From: a virus
Reading direction: 5' to 3' (one strand)
Length of the DNA stretch: 64,000 bases
IMG/VR virus record: IMGVR_UViG_3300045988_182687
Location: 71,005 to 135,004 of that record
The notes beneath the pieces were generated by a model that worked only from the letters and a program-made list of their open reading frames with translations, did not search any database and had not been told where the DNA came from. Positions within the stretch are counted from its first letter, which is position 1. Every line of letters starts with the position of its first letter. Both the position numbers and the translations under genes were made by a program. Positions 48,635 to 56,982 of the stretch are shown in pieces.

Positions 48635-49076
48635 TGTTCTTGCTCCTTTCTTCGTCCGTCAACCCGCCATCCACAGCCATGTCCGTCAGCGTATTGAAGA
48701 CGCTGGTGAGACGCTGTGCGAACGGGGTGTATTTCAGCGTATCCATGACCTTCTCCAGCACAGGCAGGGGAGCGTTGAAGCCGAAATTGCTCACCGCCCT
48801 GCAAAGCGCCACACGCAGTTCCGCTTGCCGAAGGTAATCCTTGGCGGCCTGCTCTGTCTGATACAGCCGGTAGTCCGTGCAGTACATGGTGTTCTGTTGG
48901 AAGTAGGGACTTCTGTTCGCATCTTCGGAAGGCACCTTGTAGTACCGACGACCGTTATCGTCCGTCAGCCACTTGGTTCCGACCTTGACTGTGACCTCAT
49001 CCACCACTTTTCCACGCTGCCTCTCGGCATTGCTGCCGATAACCGTTACGCGGTAAAGTCTCATTTCAGCGGCCAT
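48624..49076 (-). CDS. Hypothetical protein, member of a tandem duplication array
   Basis: C-terminal 35 aa nearly identical to the C-terminus of the 49066-49275 product. Confidence 0.5.
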   Translation of the reverse strand: MAAEMRLYRVTVIGSNAERQRGKVVDEVTVKVGTKWLTDDNGRRYYKVPSEDANRSPYFQQNTMYCTDYRLYQTEQAAKDYLRQAELRVALCRAVSNFGFNAPLPVLEKVMDTLKYTPFAQRLTSVFNTLTDMAVDGGLTDEERSKNNGC

Positions 49077-49275
49077 TGTTCTTACTCCTTTCTTCGTCCG
49101 TCAGCCCGCCATCCACAGCCATGTCCATCAGTGTATTGATGACGCTGGTGAGACGCTGTGCGAACGGGGTGTAGGGGTTCGACAACTCACTGCGGCGCTC
49201 CATCAGAATCGCCATAGCAAACTTAGCGTCATTGACGCTCTTCAGCTCTTCGATTGTCCAGCGATGCTTACTCAT
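49066..49275 (-). CDS. Hypothetical small protein (duplicated C-terminal module)
   Basis: Shares YTPFAQRLTSV.NTL.DMAVDGGLTDEERSKNNG with the neighbouring gene. Confidence 0.4.
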   Translation of the reverse strand: MSKHRWTIEELKSVNDAKFAMAILMERRSELSNPYTPFAQRLTSVINTLMDMAVDGGLTDEERSKNNGR

Positions 49276-49580
49276 GCTCTTGCACCCCCTTCCATAACAG
49301 GCCGGTCGGCATAAGCCGACTGCAACGCGAACTCCATAGCGGAGATGACCTGTGCGATTGAGGGCGTAGGCTTACTCAAATCGCGGGCATATCCGCACCT
49401 GTCGTTCAGGTGGGTAGTCAGGGTGTCCCTGACCTTTCCCTGTACTCCCGTTATTTCCAGCAGTCGCCTCAGAGCATCATTGACGTCTTTTGCGGGCAAC
49501 TTCTTGCGGGGGTGGAACAACAACTCGTTCCGATACTGAGACAATGTGCTGTCAACAAAGTGCAGCGAAGATGTATCCAT
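49272..49580 (-). CDS. Hypothetical protein (102 aa)
   Basis: AAAGGAG ribosome-binding site. Confidence 0.5.
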   Translation of the reverse strand: MDTSSLHFVDSTLSQYRNELLFHPRKKLPAKDVNDALRRLLEITGVQGKVRDTLTTHLNDRCGYARDLSKPTPSIAQVISAMEFALQSAYADRPVMEGGARA

Positions 49581-49594
49581 TTTTTCTCCTTTCC

Positions 49595-49771
49595 CTAATT
49601 CTGCTTGTAAGGCCCAAGTGTGATAGACAGGTTGTAGATATAATTACCACAACGCACACATTCGTCGTTCTTTCCCCACAGGCCGCTTGCTTTCATACCG
49701 CGCACGCTGCCTGTATAATGGATAGACGGGTGTGTATCGCACTCGTGCTGGGTAAGCTCCTTTTGTTTCAT
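49595..49771 (-). CDS. Small zinc-finger-like protein (58 aa, MKQKELTQHECDTH...CVRCG), not in the supplied ORF track
   Basis: AAAGGAG ribosome-binding site 6 nt before the ATG. First gene after cassette B. Below the 60-aa cutoff of the ORF track. Confidence 0.4.
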   Translation of the reverse strand: MKQKELTQHECDTHPSIHYTGSVRGMKASGLWGKNDECVRCGNYIYNLSITLGPYKQN

Positions 49772-49803
49772 GCGTTTACTCCTTTCGTTTTTACTTGTTC
49801 TGA

Positions 49804-49908
49804 ATATATAAAAAGACAGTCGTTCCCAAGTGAGAACAACTGTCTTGAATATGATGATGTGACTGAAAACGGAGATAAATCTCCTTATAAAAATATCTTC
49901 GTAATTAT
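49804..49908 (-). ncRNA. Cassette B leader RNA (about 100 nt) with intrinsic terminator
   Basis: -35 TTGACA (49937-42), 16 bp, TGgTAGTAT (49915-23). Leader hairpin ggagauaaaucucc. Terminator stem agacagtcgttc/gaacaactgtct (one mismatch) plus U-tract at 49804-49846. Confidence 0.5.
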
Positions 49909-49952
49909 ACTACTATACTACCACATTTCTTTATAATGTCAACGGAAACGGT

Positions 49953-49990
49953 ACAAAAAAAGAAGCCCCCGAAAGAGCTTCTTTTTAAGT
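49953..49990. terminator. Bidirectional intrinsic terminator (aagaagc/gcttctt)
   Basis: A7, stem, T5. Confidence 0.65.
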
Positions 49991-49995
49991 TAAGG

Positions 49996-50499
49996 TTATT
50001 TGTTCTTTGCAGTCTTATCGGCGATACCATCGAAGATGTTGCCAACAACACGGATTTCGGTGCCGAGCAGCTTACAAAACGGAACAAAATGTCCGTTGTC
50101 GTAAGCCTCGTCCATCAGCTCTGCTGCCGTTTTTGTTTTCAAAGACTCACTAACCAGCAGTCCAAAGGAACCATTTCGGAACACAACCGTGTTCTCGTTG
50201 AAGAGAGGAGTGGGGCGGAATCCTTCAAAGGTCTCCACGATGTCTCCTTCGAACACCTTTGCGCCGTCCTTGTCGATGATGCCGGTGTACTGCGTTACGG
50301 TATCCGCGTAGACACCGCAAACGTCGCGGCTTTCAGCCGTGTCGGACAAGTACGTGTAGATGATGGCGAAGTCCTTCGGGCTGTTATGGGGACGTGCGGC
50401 GCCCCCGTAGACCCAAATTCCCGGAAGGGGTGCTCCGGTTGCCATGCGAACTTTCTCACCATGCCGCCGAATCTGGCCGCGAAACAGAATTTCTTTCAT
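49996..50499 (-). CDS. YopX-like phage protein
   Basis: AAAGGAG ribosome-binding site. N-terminal 'MKEILFRGQ...GIWVYGG' resembles the YopX family signature (FRxK/Q ... WxYG). Confidence 0.45.
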   Translation of the reverse strand: MKEILFRGQIRRHGEKVRMATGAPLPGIWVYGGAARPHNSPKDFAIIYTYLSDTAESRDVCGVYADTVTQYTGIIDKDGAKVFEGDIVETFEGFRPTPLFNENTVVFRNGSFGLLVSESLKTKTAAELMDEAYDNGHFVPFCKLLGTEIRVVGNIFDGIADKTAKNK

Positions 50500-50520
50500 T
50501 GTTTTTTCTCCTTTCATTTT

Positions 50521-50820
50521 TCAATGCATCCCATGGAGCTTTTTCCACTGGGCTTTATCCATCCAAGGACCGTCGAAGCTGTCGTCCACACACTCTGTTC
50601 TGAGACAGTTAGGACAGACGAGACAGTCCACAGCCCGCCGAATACGACCGGTCTTGAAACGCACCCCATGCTGGATGATTTCTTCCTCATCCACGAAGTA
50701 GCTCGGTTCAAGCTCGCAACCACAAGTGCCGCAGATGCCAAACGGGTTTGCATTGGACTCGTAGGTGCCGTTCTGCTTTTGGATATTCTCCTGAATCACT
50801 GCATGGTAATCCGTCGCCAT
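50521..50820 (-). CDS. Small zinc-finger protein (CGTCGC...CLVCPNC)
   Basis: GAGGAGGTG ribosome-binding site. Confidence 0.5.
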   Translation of the reverse strand: MATDYHAVIQENIQKQNGTYESNANPFGICGTCGCELEPSYFVDEEEIIQHGVRFKTGRIRRAVDCLVCPNCLRTECVDDSFDGPWMDKAQWKKLHGMH

Positions 50821-51557
50821 CAGAACTGCACCTCCTCGAACTCAATGACCCATACCCACGGGTTTCCTGCCCACTTCGAGAGAGCCTTATGCTTCGGAAT
50901 AGTGCCGTCCCACAGCTTAATGAACTTATCCTGAAGGGACATGATGTTCTTGGAGGAATCTTCATCGCGAGTGACACCCTCCTTTATGAAGTCCTCTTCG
51001 CTCATGTCATTAAGCCGGTCCAACCGAACATCCGTCACACGCAGAAAAATGCGTGCAGCCTCCTTGGGCATATGGATAGATGGTGTCCAGTGAATGAGAG
51101 AGTTTACCTCAGGAGAGTTTTTCAGGTCCTCGTCAGTGTAGTCGGCCTTATAGAGCCAGCGGTTCTCGGCGCAGGCACAGGTCGTTTCGCGAACATACAG
51201 GATGTCCCCCTTGTCAAACGGAGCACGGAAGCTACGAATGACGGTATTCTCATCAGCGAAAGCGGCCACGAGCCGTCCGTCTCCATCGCGATACAGTCCA
51301 TCCGCTCTCTTTCCCGCAAAGTGGAATGCACCACGGCGAGTCACTGCCTTGCGACCCTCCCGGATGGCTCGAACCATCTCTCCGTTGAAGATAATGGGCT
51401 TGGGATTTTTGTCCTTAAAAGCATCGGGGTCAAAGTGGACACCGGCTTTCTCGCGCAGTTCCTTGCAACGAGAGCCGCGATAGATGTCTGTGTCGCACTC
51501 TTTGACAGGACAATGTGAGAGGCAGATTCGCCGCTCATAAGGTTCCTTTCTGAGCAT
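50820..51557 (-). CDS. Hypothetical protein (245 aa)
   Basis: AAAGGAG ribosome-binding site. Confidence 0.5.
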   Translation of the reverse strand: MLRKEPYERRICLSHCPVKECDTDIYRGSRCKELREKAGVHFDPDAFKDKNPKPIIFNGEMVRAIREGRKAVTRRGAFHFAGKRADGLYRDGDGRLVAAFADENTVIRSFRAPFDKGDILYVRETTCACAENRWLYKADYTDEDLKNSPEVNSLIHWTPSIHMPKEAARIFLRVTDVRLDRLNDMSEEDFIKEGVTRDEDSSKNIMSLQDKFIKLWDGTIPKHKALSKWAGNPWVWVIEFEEVQF

Positions 51558-51587
51558 ATATTTTTCTCCTTTCTTTTCCTCGCGGGG

Positions 51588-52040
51588 TCACTCATATTCC
51601 TGACAACAAAGGTCGTAGACCTTATGCAGCGCAGCCAACGCCGTCTCAGGAATATCCTGAGTGTCCATGTCAAACCATTCGCCGAGCAATCCGGTAACAT
51701 CTCCAAGAAACAGGAACTCGTCGAACACTTCCGACGGCGTACCGGAACCTTTTTTGCTTACCTTGCGCCGCTTATGTGGTGCAGTTCCGCGACAGGCATC
51801 CAGTGCGTCCTGCAGGAGCGATATCGCACCCTTGGGAATTTCGCTGGTATCCATTTTCAACCAATTCGCCAGAGTCTCGATGACATCATCGAGGAACACA
51901 TAATTGCACTCGCAGATAATTCTTGCCATCTGCAAATGTCGAATTGCGTCCGTTGGGATGTCGTCAATGTCGTACTCGGTGAGCTGCCTCTTCAGGCTCT
52001 TTACGACCTCATCGCGGGACAAAACCTTGTTTCTTCCCAT
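51588..52040 (-). CDS. Hypothetical protein with an internal duplication
   Basis: AAAGGAG ribosome-binding site before ATG (MGRNKVL). Two repeats of '...DIP..A...L..A.D.C...'. Confidence 0.5.
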   Translation of the reverse strand: MGRNKVLSRDEVVKSLKRQLTEYDIDDIPTDAIRHLQMARIICECNYVFLDDVIETLANWLKMDTSEIPKGAISLLQDALDACRGTAPHKRRKVSKKGSGTPSEVFDEFLFLGDVTGLLGEWFDMDTQDIPETALAALHKVYDLCCQEYE

Positions 52041-52069
52041 GTTGTTCTCCTTTCTTTTTTTTGCGGATT

Positions 52070-52621
52070 TCAACTGCTCTGCCTCAGTGTATCAGGCACG
52101 GCACCGTAGCTCTGCGCGGCTGGGTAGGCGGGAGGGAAGGGGATAGCCCCTCCTCTCGCTACCTGAGCCACCACGAGGGTGCTAATGCCGCCAGAGGGCG
52201 TTCTGTATTGCTGAACGCTTGGCGTGTAGAGAAACCCATCCACCGCTTGTCTCACGGTCATTGTGGGGTATTTTGGCGCCCGCCAACGATGCTCCTTAGA
52301 ATAGTAGATTTCCCTGACCCGACACGTTGCAACTGTGACGGGAATGAGGGGATTGTCTACCGTATGTTCACACACGATGGCGATAGATGTCTTTCCAATT
52401 CTGGAAGCATCCTCCACCATGCGCTGCAGCGCGAGTCTCTGACCATAAGGCATTGCGGCATTACGATGCTTCACCTCAAAGAAAACATACCCCTTGTCGT
52501 GATACTCAATGAGTCCGTCGATGTCGGTAGGATAACAGTTACCCTTGTTTTCAATAGTCATGCCCGTGAAGCTGACGAGCTGTTTCATCCTTGCGGGAAA
52601 TCTAATGTAGTCCTTCCTCAC
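52070..52621 (-). CDS. Hypothetical protein (183 aa)
   Basis: AAAGGAG then 6 nt then GTG. Start uncertain (alternative ATG at about 52588). Confidence 0.4.
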   Translation of the reverse strand: MRKDYIRFPARMKQLVSFTGMTIENKGNCYPTDIDGLIEYHDKGYVFFEVKHRNAAMPYGQRLALQRMVEDASRIGKTSIAIVCEHTVDNPLIPVTVATCRVREIYYSKEHRWRAPKYPTMTVRQAVDGFLYTPSVQQYRTPSGGISTLVVAQVARGGAIPFPPAYPAAQSYGAVPDTLRQSS

Positions 52622-52649
52622 GGGAGTCTCCTTTCTGCAGGCATCCCCC

Positions 52650-52982
52650 TCAGCGGGGGATGCCTTTGCCGTTTTTGAGCATGGAAATGACTTTTGCGGC
52701 CAAGAAATCGTCGGCCACAAACTGGTTATAGCCGTTTTTCAGACCGTTGCTGGAGAAATCTTCTGTGTCCTTGGCATAGCGGCACATGGATTTGTCGGAA
52801 ATAGGTCCATAGCAAGAGTGCTCGGTGGTTACATAGACGCAACTCTCTCCGCAAGTCACGAAGCCAGAGCAGCCGCGCTTCTGTCCGTTGACTGTGATGT
52901 TCTTCAGGTGCGTGGTAATGTCCATGCCCATCTGTTCTGCCAAAGAGGTAAGTCCGTTTTTCAGCTTTACAGAAAGCAACAT
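52650..52982 (-). CDS. Small Cys-rich protein (110 aa)
   Basis: GAAAGG ribosome-binding site before ATG (MLLSVKL). Confidence 0.4.
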   Translation of the reverse strand: MLLSVKLKNGLTSLAEQMGMDITTHLKNITVNGQKRGCSGFVTCGESCVYVTTEHSCYGPISDKSMCRYAKDTEDFSSNGLKNGYNQFVADDFLAAKVISMLKNGKGIPR

Positions 52983-52984
52983 TC

Positions 52985-53737
52985 TTACACCGCCTTTCTT
53001 TCTACCCAGACATCGCCCAACTTGGCGCACTCGCCGTGGTAAGGGCAGTCGTGATAGGTTTCGCAACCCTCATCAACGAAGGTCTGGCAGGTGCCACAGT
53101 CCAAATTGTGATGCAGAAGACGCTGGATAACATCCCGCGCATTTTCGGTCTCTACCGCGAGGTAGGAAAAAGCTCTCGCCTTGACGCTTGCATCGTACTC
53201 ATCCGTGTAGTAGAGGGAAGACGCACAGAGAACCTTTGCGCCGAACACACGGCGGCACTCCTCATCGGAGAGCATTTCACCGGCAAACGGGAAAAGACCG
53301 CGTCTGCCTCTGAGCTGGTTGCTGACGTGTGTGTGCGCGTTCTTTGCCAACTTAACGCCCTCACGAGCCTCATCCAGTGTGTCGAAGGACAACGCACACA
53401 CATCCACAAGAGAACCTTCGCCGATAGGGGAGTGGTTCACAAAAAGCATCGCGTATCTTCTGCTGGGAAGGGTTGCAGTTCTCGCTGCATCCTCGCCTTC
53501 GAGACACACGTAACGCGCCACTTTGTCGTCCCACACATACTTCTCACAGGAGGTGCAGGTGTTCTCTGCTTTATCACATCCGGATTTCGACGCAACGACC
53601 TTCAGCTCGGCTGCTTTTTTTTCTGCCTCGCACTTATCCACAGCGGCAAAGCACACTTTTCGTCCCTTTTCCTCATCGAAACGATAGTGCTCACATAACG
53701 CACAGGAACCAGCAGGCTTTTCACAGATATATGCCAT
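52985..53737 (-). CDS. Cys-rich hypothetical protein (250 aa)
   Basis: AAAGGAG ribosome-binding site before ATG (MAYICEKPAG). Multiple CxxC pairs. Confidence 0.5.
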   Translation of the reverse strand: MAYICEKPAGSCALCEHYRFDEEKGRKVCFAAVDKCEAEKKAAELKVVASKSGCDKAENTCTSCEKYVWDDKVARYVCLEGEDAARTATLPSRRYAMLFVNHSPIGEGSLVDVCALSFDTLDEAREGVKLAKNAHTHVSNQLRGRRGLFPFAGEMLSDEECRRVFGAKVLCASSLYYTDEYDASVKARAFSYLAVETENARDVIQRLLHHNLDCGTCQTFVDEGCETYHDCPYHGECAKLGDVWVERKAV

Positions 53738-53796
53738 ATTTTTCTCCTTTCTCCCAGCCTGTGTTAAGGTCTTATGGGAACAAAAATGTAGTGAAT

Positions 53797-53899
53797 ATAT
53801 AAAAAGACAGTCGTTCTCAAAAGAGAACAACTGTCTTGAATGTGATGATGTGACTGAAAACGGAGACAAAGCTCCTTATAAAAATATCTTCGTAATTAT
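53797..53899 (-). ncRNA. Cassette C leader RNA (about 100 nt) with intrinsic terminator
   Basis: -35 TTGACA (53928-33), 16 bp, TGgTAGTAT (53906-14). Terminator stem agacagtcgttctc/gagaacaactgtct plus U-tract at 53797-53837. Confidence 0.5.
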
Positions 53900-53944
53900 A
53901 CTACTATACTACCACATTTCCTTATAATGTCAACGGTTTCGACG

Positions 53945-53983
53945 CAAAAGAAAAGAGCCGCACAGCGGCTCTTTTCTTTAGGC
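53945..53983. terminator. Bidirectional intrinsic terminator (agagccgc/gcggctct)
   Basis: A-rich, stem, T-rich. Confidence 0.65.
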
Positions 53984-53990
53984 TTGTTGT

Positions 53991-54950
53991 TCACGCTTCT
54001 ACGTAAACTGGTTTAAGATACTGTGCGCTGAGAAATTTGCCTCGCAAGGAAGAAATCTTTGCCTCAGCGTCTTTCTCACTGATAAACCTCTGAGCATCAT
54101 CCACGGAGGACGTGTACTGGAGGTTGTTCTTCACGGATTTCTTCACATACTTCCCTGCGTATGCCTTTTCCGTACACATAACGACATAGGGCCGAGGCGC
54201 CGTCATCTTGCGCGTTACGGTCTTGAACTCAAGTCCCATTACGCTGATAACCTCTCCCATTGCTGCCGTAGCTGCTTCCGCAGACGGGTAGTGAATGGCA
54301 TCTCTGACATCCTTTGTGAAATGCACAGTTATTCTTCCAATCACATTATCAAATGCACGCACATAGCCCGCGTTGCGCTTTTGAACTACAAGCGGACCCT
54401 TTACATCCCGCGCTCTGGCAGGTCGCAGGCGCTCGCCGCGCTGTGTTCCGCTGAACGACATGAAGATGTAGTGGTCCTTGTGTTCTTTTACCAGTTCCCG
54501 TGCCTCATCCAGCCAGACTTCCAGCTCATCCGTTGTTCTGACATACCTCCACAGCAGATGGTCGCCGGACGTATAGGGCATCAGCCCTACATTCAGGTCG
54601 TTGACGCCGGGATTGGCGGCGAGGATGTCCTCCAGCGTGGCGGCATCCTTTGCGGCGCGAGCAAACCATTTCCGTGCCTGAGAGCAAGTGACCCACTTGC
54701 TGTTCATCTTCCAGCACTCATCATCGGTGTCGGGGAAGGTGGTATTCACCTTCGCCACAAATTCGTCCTCAGGAAGTTCCAGAAGATTGATTCCTCCCAG
54801 CAAGAACCAGTGGCGCTCGCGAACCTCTCGCGGCTTGAAATTCCTGTCGTAGATGAACTCGGAGCAGTTGTTGCTGCCACCCAAGGCAAGGGGAATGATA
54901 CCACGAGTTGTCTTGATGAAAGAGCGGGCATCAATGATAGTGTATCCCAT
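53991..54950 (-). CDS. Hypothetical protein (319 aa)
   Basis: AAAGGAG ribosome-binding site before ATG (MGYTIIDARSF). Confidence 0.55.
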   Translation of the reverse strand: MGYTIIDARSFIKTTRGIIPLALGGSNNCSEFIYDRNFKPREVRERHWFLLGGINLLELPEDEFVAKVNTTFPDTDDECWKMNSKWVTCSQARKWFARAAKDAATLEDILAANPGVNDLNVGLMPYTSGDHLLWRYVRTTDELEVWLDEARELVKEHKDHYIFMSFSGTQRGERLRPARARDVKGPLVVQKRNAGYVRAFDNVIGRITVHFTKDVRDAIHYPSAEAATAAMGEVISVMGLEFKTVTRKMTAPRPYVVMCTEKAYAGKYVKKSVKNNLQYTSSVDDAQRFISEKDAEAKISSLRGKFLSAQYLKPVYVEA

Positions 54951-54966
54951 TTTTACATCTCCTTTC

Positions 54967-55236
54967 TTACATCTCGCCATCCTCGGCAGCGGTTATAATA
55001 CCGAATCTGAGGTTGTTGTTGATGTCGTAGATACTTAATCCGCTATCAAAGTCCTTGCGGAGCTGCGTCGCAGCGGCCTCTACGGAGTCTTCGCCGTACT
55101 CAAACGTCTCGGACTCGACGCAGGTTGCCACAAGCTCCTTCAGCTTTGCGCGGGAAGTCGTCGCAGAAACCAGACGCATAGAGTCTGTTGCTTTCCAAGC
55201 GTCACAGGCAAACACGATGAAGATAGGATTACTCAT
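54967..55236 (-). CDS. Hypothetical small protein (89 aa)
   Basis: AAAGGAG ribosome-binding site before ATG (MSNPIFIVF). Overlaps the upstream gene stop by 8 nt. Confidence 0.4.
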   Translation of the reverse strand: MSNPIFIVFACDAWKATDSMRLVSATTSRAKLKELVATCVESETFEYGEDSVEAAATQLRKDFDSGLSIYDINNNLRFGIITAAEDGEM

Positions 55237-55807
55237 TTTCGGCTTGCTCCTTTCTTCTTCCAACGGTGGCTGCGGGGTACGGTGTGGCCCGCTTGTTGTT
55301 GCTGTCCATGATTCGCATAACATGGACAAGCATCTCGGAATATGCCCTGTGCATGGTTTCATACCGCGCACGCCATGTATTATCATCATTGTCGTTCACG
55401 CGAGCACTCAGCCCCATGCTGTAGTACAGCGCGGCGTCGATGTCTACCAGCTCCGCTTCAGTCAGGTGGCAGATATAGGCTCCCAGCTCATTGACAGAAA
55501 CTGCCATCGGCTGCTCGCACAGTGCTGTGCTGGGGCGGCTCGTGCTCGTGATGAGTACATGGGAGGGCTGCTGCATCTTTGGAGATGATGTCGTAAATAC
55601 GACCTCCACTACACTGCTGTAGCGGTTCAGGTCATCCGAAGATACAACGATTGCGGGACGATGCCCTCTGATAACAGAGCTATTGGAAGGATGTCCGTCT
55701 TTATCGCGGAACTGGCTTCCTTCCGGGGCCCAAGGGGAAAAGATTTCGATTTCTTTCGCATTGACCCAAAAAACATCGCCCCTGCGGATGTTTCCATTTC
55801 TACCCAT
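55229..55807 (-). CDS. MazF/PemK-family toxin-like protein with C-terminal extension
   Basis: AAAGGAG ribosome-binding site. 'RRGDVFWV...RPAIVVSSD...VVEVVFTTS' matches the PemK/MazF core (GDIv.v.f....RPalVvS). About 80 aa longer than typical family members. Confidence 0.5.
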   Translation of the reverse strand: MGRNGNIRRGDVFWVNAKEIEIFSPWAPEGSQFRDKDGHPSNSSVIRGHRPAIVVSSDDLNRYSSVVEVVFTTSSPKMQQPSHVLITSTSRPSTALCEQPMAVSVNELGAYICHLTEAELVDIDAALYYSMGLSARVNDNDDNTWRARYETMHRAYSEMLVHVMRIMDSNNKRATPYPAATVGRRKEQAENE

Positions 55808-56015
55808 AGATTCTTGTCTCCTTTCCTTCAGAATTGGTTACACACGACGGAATGCCGAAAAAAGACAGAACCGCTTTAAGCGGCTCTGTCTCCATGCAGT
55901 CGATATGACACTGTTTGTTTTCGTAGGGTGCCTCGACAAATTTTTCGCCAACCTCAATGGGTTCGTGGCAAATGCAGCATTCGCCGGCGTAACGAATTTT
56001 CTTTTTTGCTTTCAC
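55800..56015 (-). CDS. Small zinc-finger protein (CCICH...C), candidate cognate antitoxin/partner of the MazF-like gene
   Basis: GTG start after AAAGGAG. 8-nt overlap with the MazF-like start. Confidence 0.35.
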   Translation of the reverse strand: MKAKKKIRYAGECCICHEPIEVGEKFVEAPYENKQCHIDCMETEPLKAVLSFFGIPSCVTNSEGKETRIYG

Positions 56016-56036
56016 AATGAATTTACTCCTTTCTTT

Positions 56037-56240
56037 TCAAAGTTGCCGAGACAGTGTTACGGCTGCCTGCTGGCGTCGTCTTTCGCAGTTTCTTCGCTGC
56101 ACTTCGATAGCTTCGCGAGCCTCCGCAATACACTGCTTCGCACGCCTATCCTGTTCAGAAGAGAAAGATGCGTAGCGCTCAGAGTAGACGGAATCCATAC
56201 GCTCGGCTCTCTCAATTAACTCATACAGCGGTGTAGACAT
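56037..56240 (-). CDS. Hypothetical small protein (67 aa)
   Basis: GAGGAGGAG ribosome-binding site. Confidence 0.4.
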   Translation of the reverse strand: MSTPLYELIERAERMDSVYSERYASFSSEQDRRAKQCIAEAREAIEVQRRNCERRRQQAAVTLSRQL

Positions 56241-56256
56241 AGCTTCTCCTCCTCGT

Positions 56257-56529
56257 TTATTGAATGTTCATGCCTACGGCGCGAGGACCTTCTTTGGACC
56301 AAGTTTCCTTGAGCCAGTGATAGGTGATTGTGCTATCTTCGGGACTCTTGTCTGGGTAGCAGGGAAGGTATGCTGCGGAGTACAAGTCTCTGCACTGACT
56401 GAAGTACACATGATTCCAGTCAGCCCACACATCACCAAGAGAACGGATAGCTCGCTTGAACGACCGAAAGCTCTGTGGCGTGTGAACTACGATGGCATTT
56501 GCTCCGTTCCACTTTCCATTCCACATCAT
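56257..56529 (-). CDS. Hypothetical small protein (90 aa)
   Basis: GGGAGGTG ribosome-binding site. Confidence 0.4.
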   Translation of the reverse strand: MMWNGKWNGANAIVVHTPQSFRSFKRAIRSLGDVWADWNHVYFSQCRDLYSAAYLPCYPDKSPEDSTITYHWLKETWSKEGPRAVGMNIQ

Positions 56530-56795
56530 TGCACTTCACCTCCCTGATACGTCGGGCGGCTGCGTCTGTTACGGAACGGAGGCATCACCGGTGCGGTGTA
56601 GCTGGTCAGCTCACCCGTCATTTTGACAGGCACACACTGGAGCAATCCGCGCTGTTTTCGATACTGGTGAGCCAAGTTGTTGCGAGCCTGTTTCTCAGAA
56701 ACCGCCATAGTCGTCCCGCCCCACTTATTTGTGGTAATGTCGTCATAGACACGAACGGGTCCGAGATAGCTGAAAACCATTTTTGCCTGTGCCAT
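56526..56795 (-). CDS. Hypothetical small protein (89 aa)
   Basis: AAAGGAG ribosome-binding site. First gene after cassette D. Confidence 0.45.
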   Translation of the reverse strand: MAQAKMVFSYLGPVRVYDDITTNKWGGTTMAVSEKQARNNLAHQYRKQRGLLQCVPVKMTGELTSYTAPVMPPFRNRRSRPTYQGGEVQ

Positions 56796-56837
56796 TATGT
56801 TTTCTCCTTTCTTATTGTGTTGTAATGTAAAAAAATA

Positions 56838-56938
56838 TATAAAAAGACAGCTATCCCTGTCTTGGGATAACTGTCTTGAATACTTGGTGTGACTGGAAGC
56901 GGAGATAAGTCTCCTTATAAAAATATCTTCGTAATTAT
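56838..56938 (-). ncRNA. Cassette D leader RNA (about 100 nt) with intrinsic terminator
   Basis: -35 TTGACA (56967-72), 16 bp, TGgTAGTAT (56945-53). Terminator stem gacagctatccc/gggataactgtc plus U-tract at 56838-56878. Stem sequence differs from cassettes A-C but pairing is kept. Confidence 0.5.
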
Positions 56939-56982
56939 ACTATTATACTACCACAATTATTTATAATGTCAACAATGGCAGA

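Noticed and set aside
52637-52665. Terminator-like hairpin ggcatccccc/gggggatgcc plus T-run on the plus strand
   Set aside because: All surrounding genes are on the minus strand, where this hairpin is not followed by a U-tract. Likely an intercistronic structure rather than a terminator.
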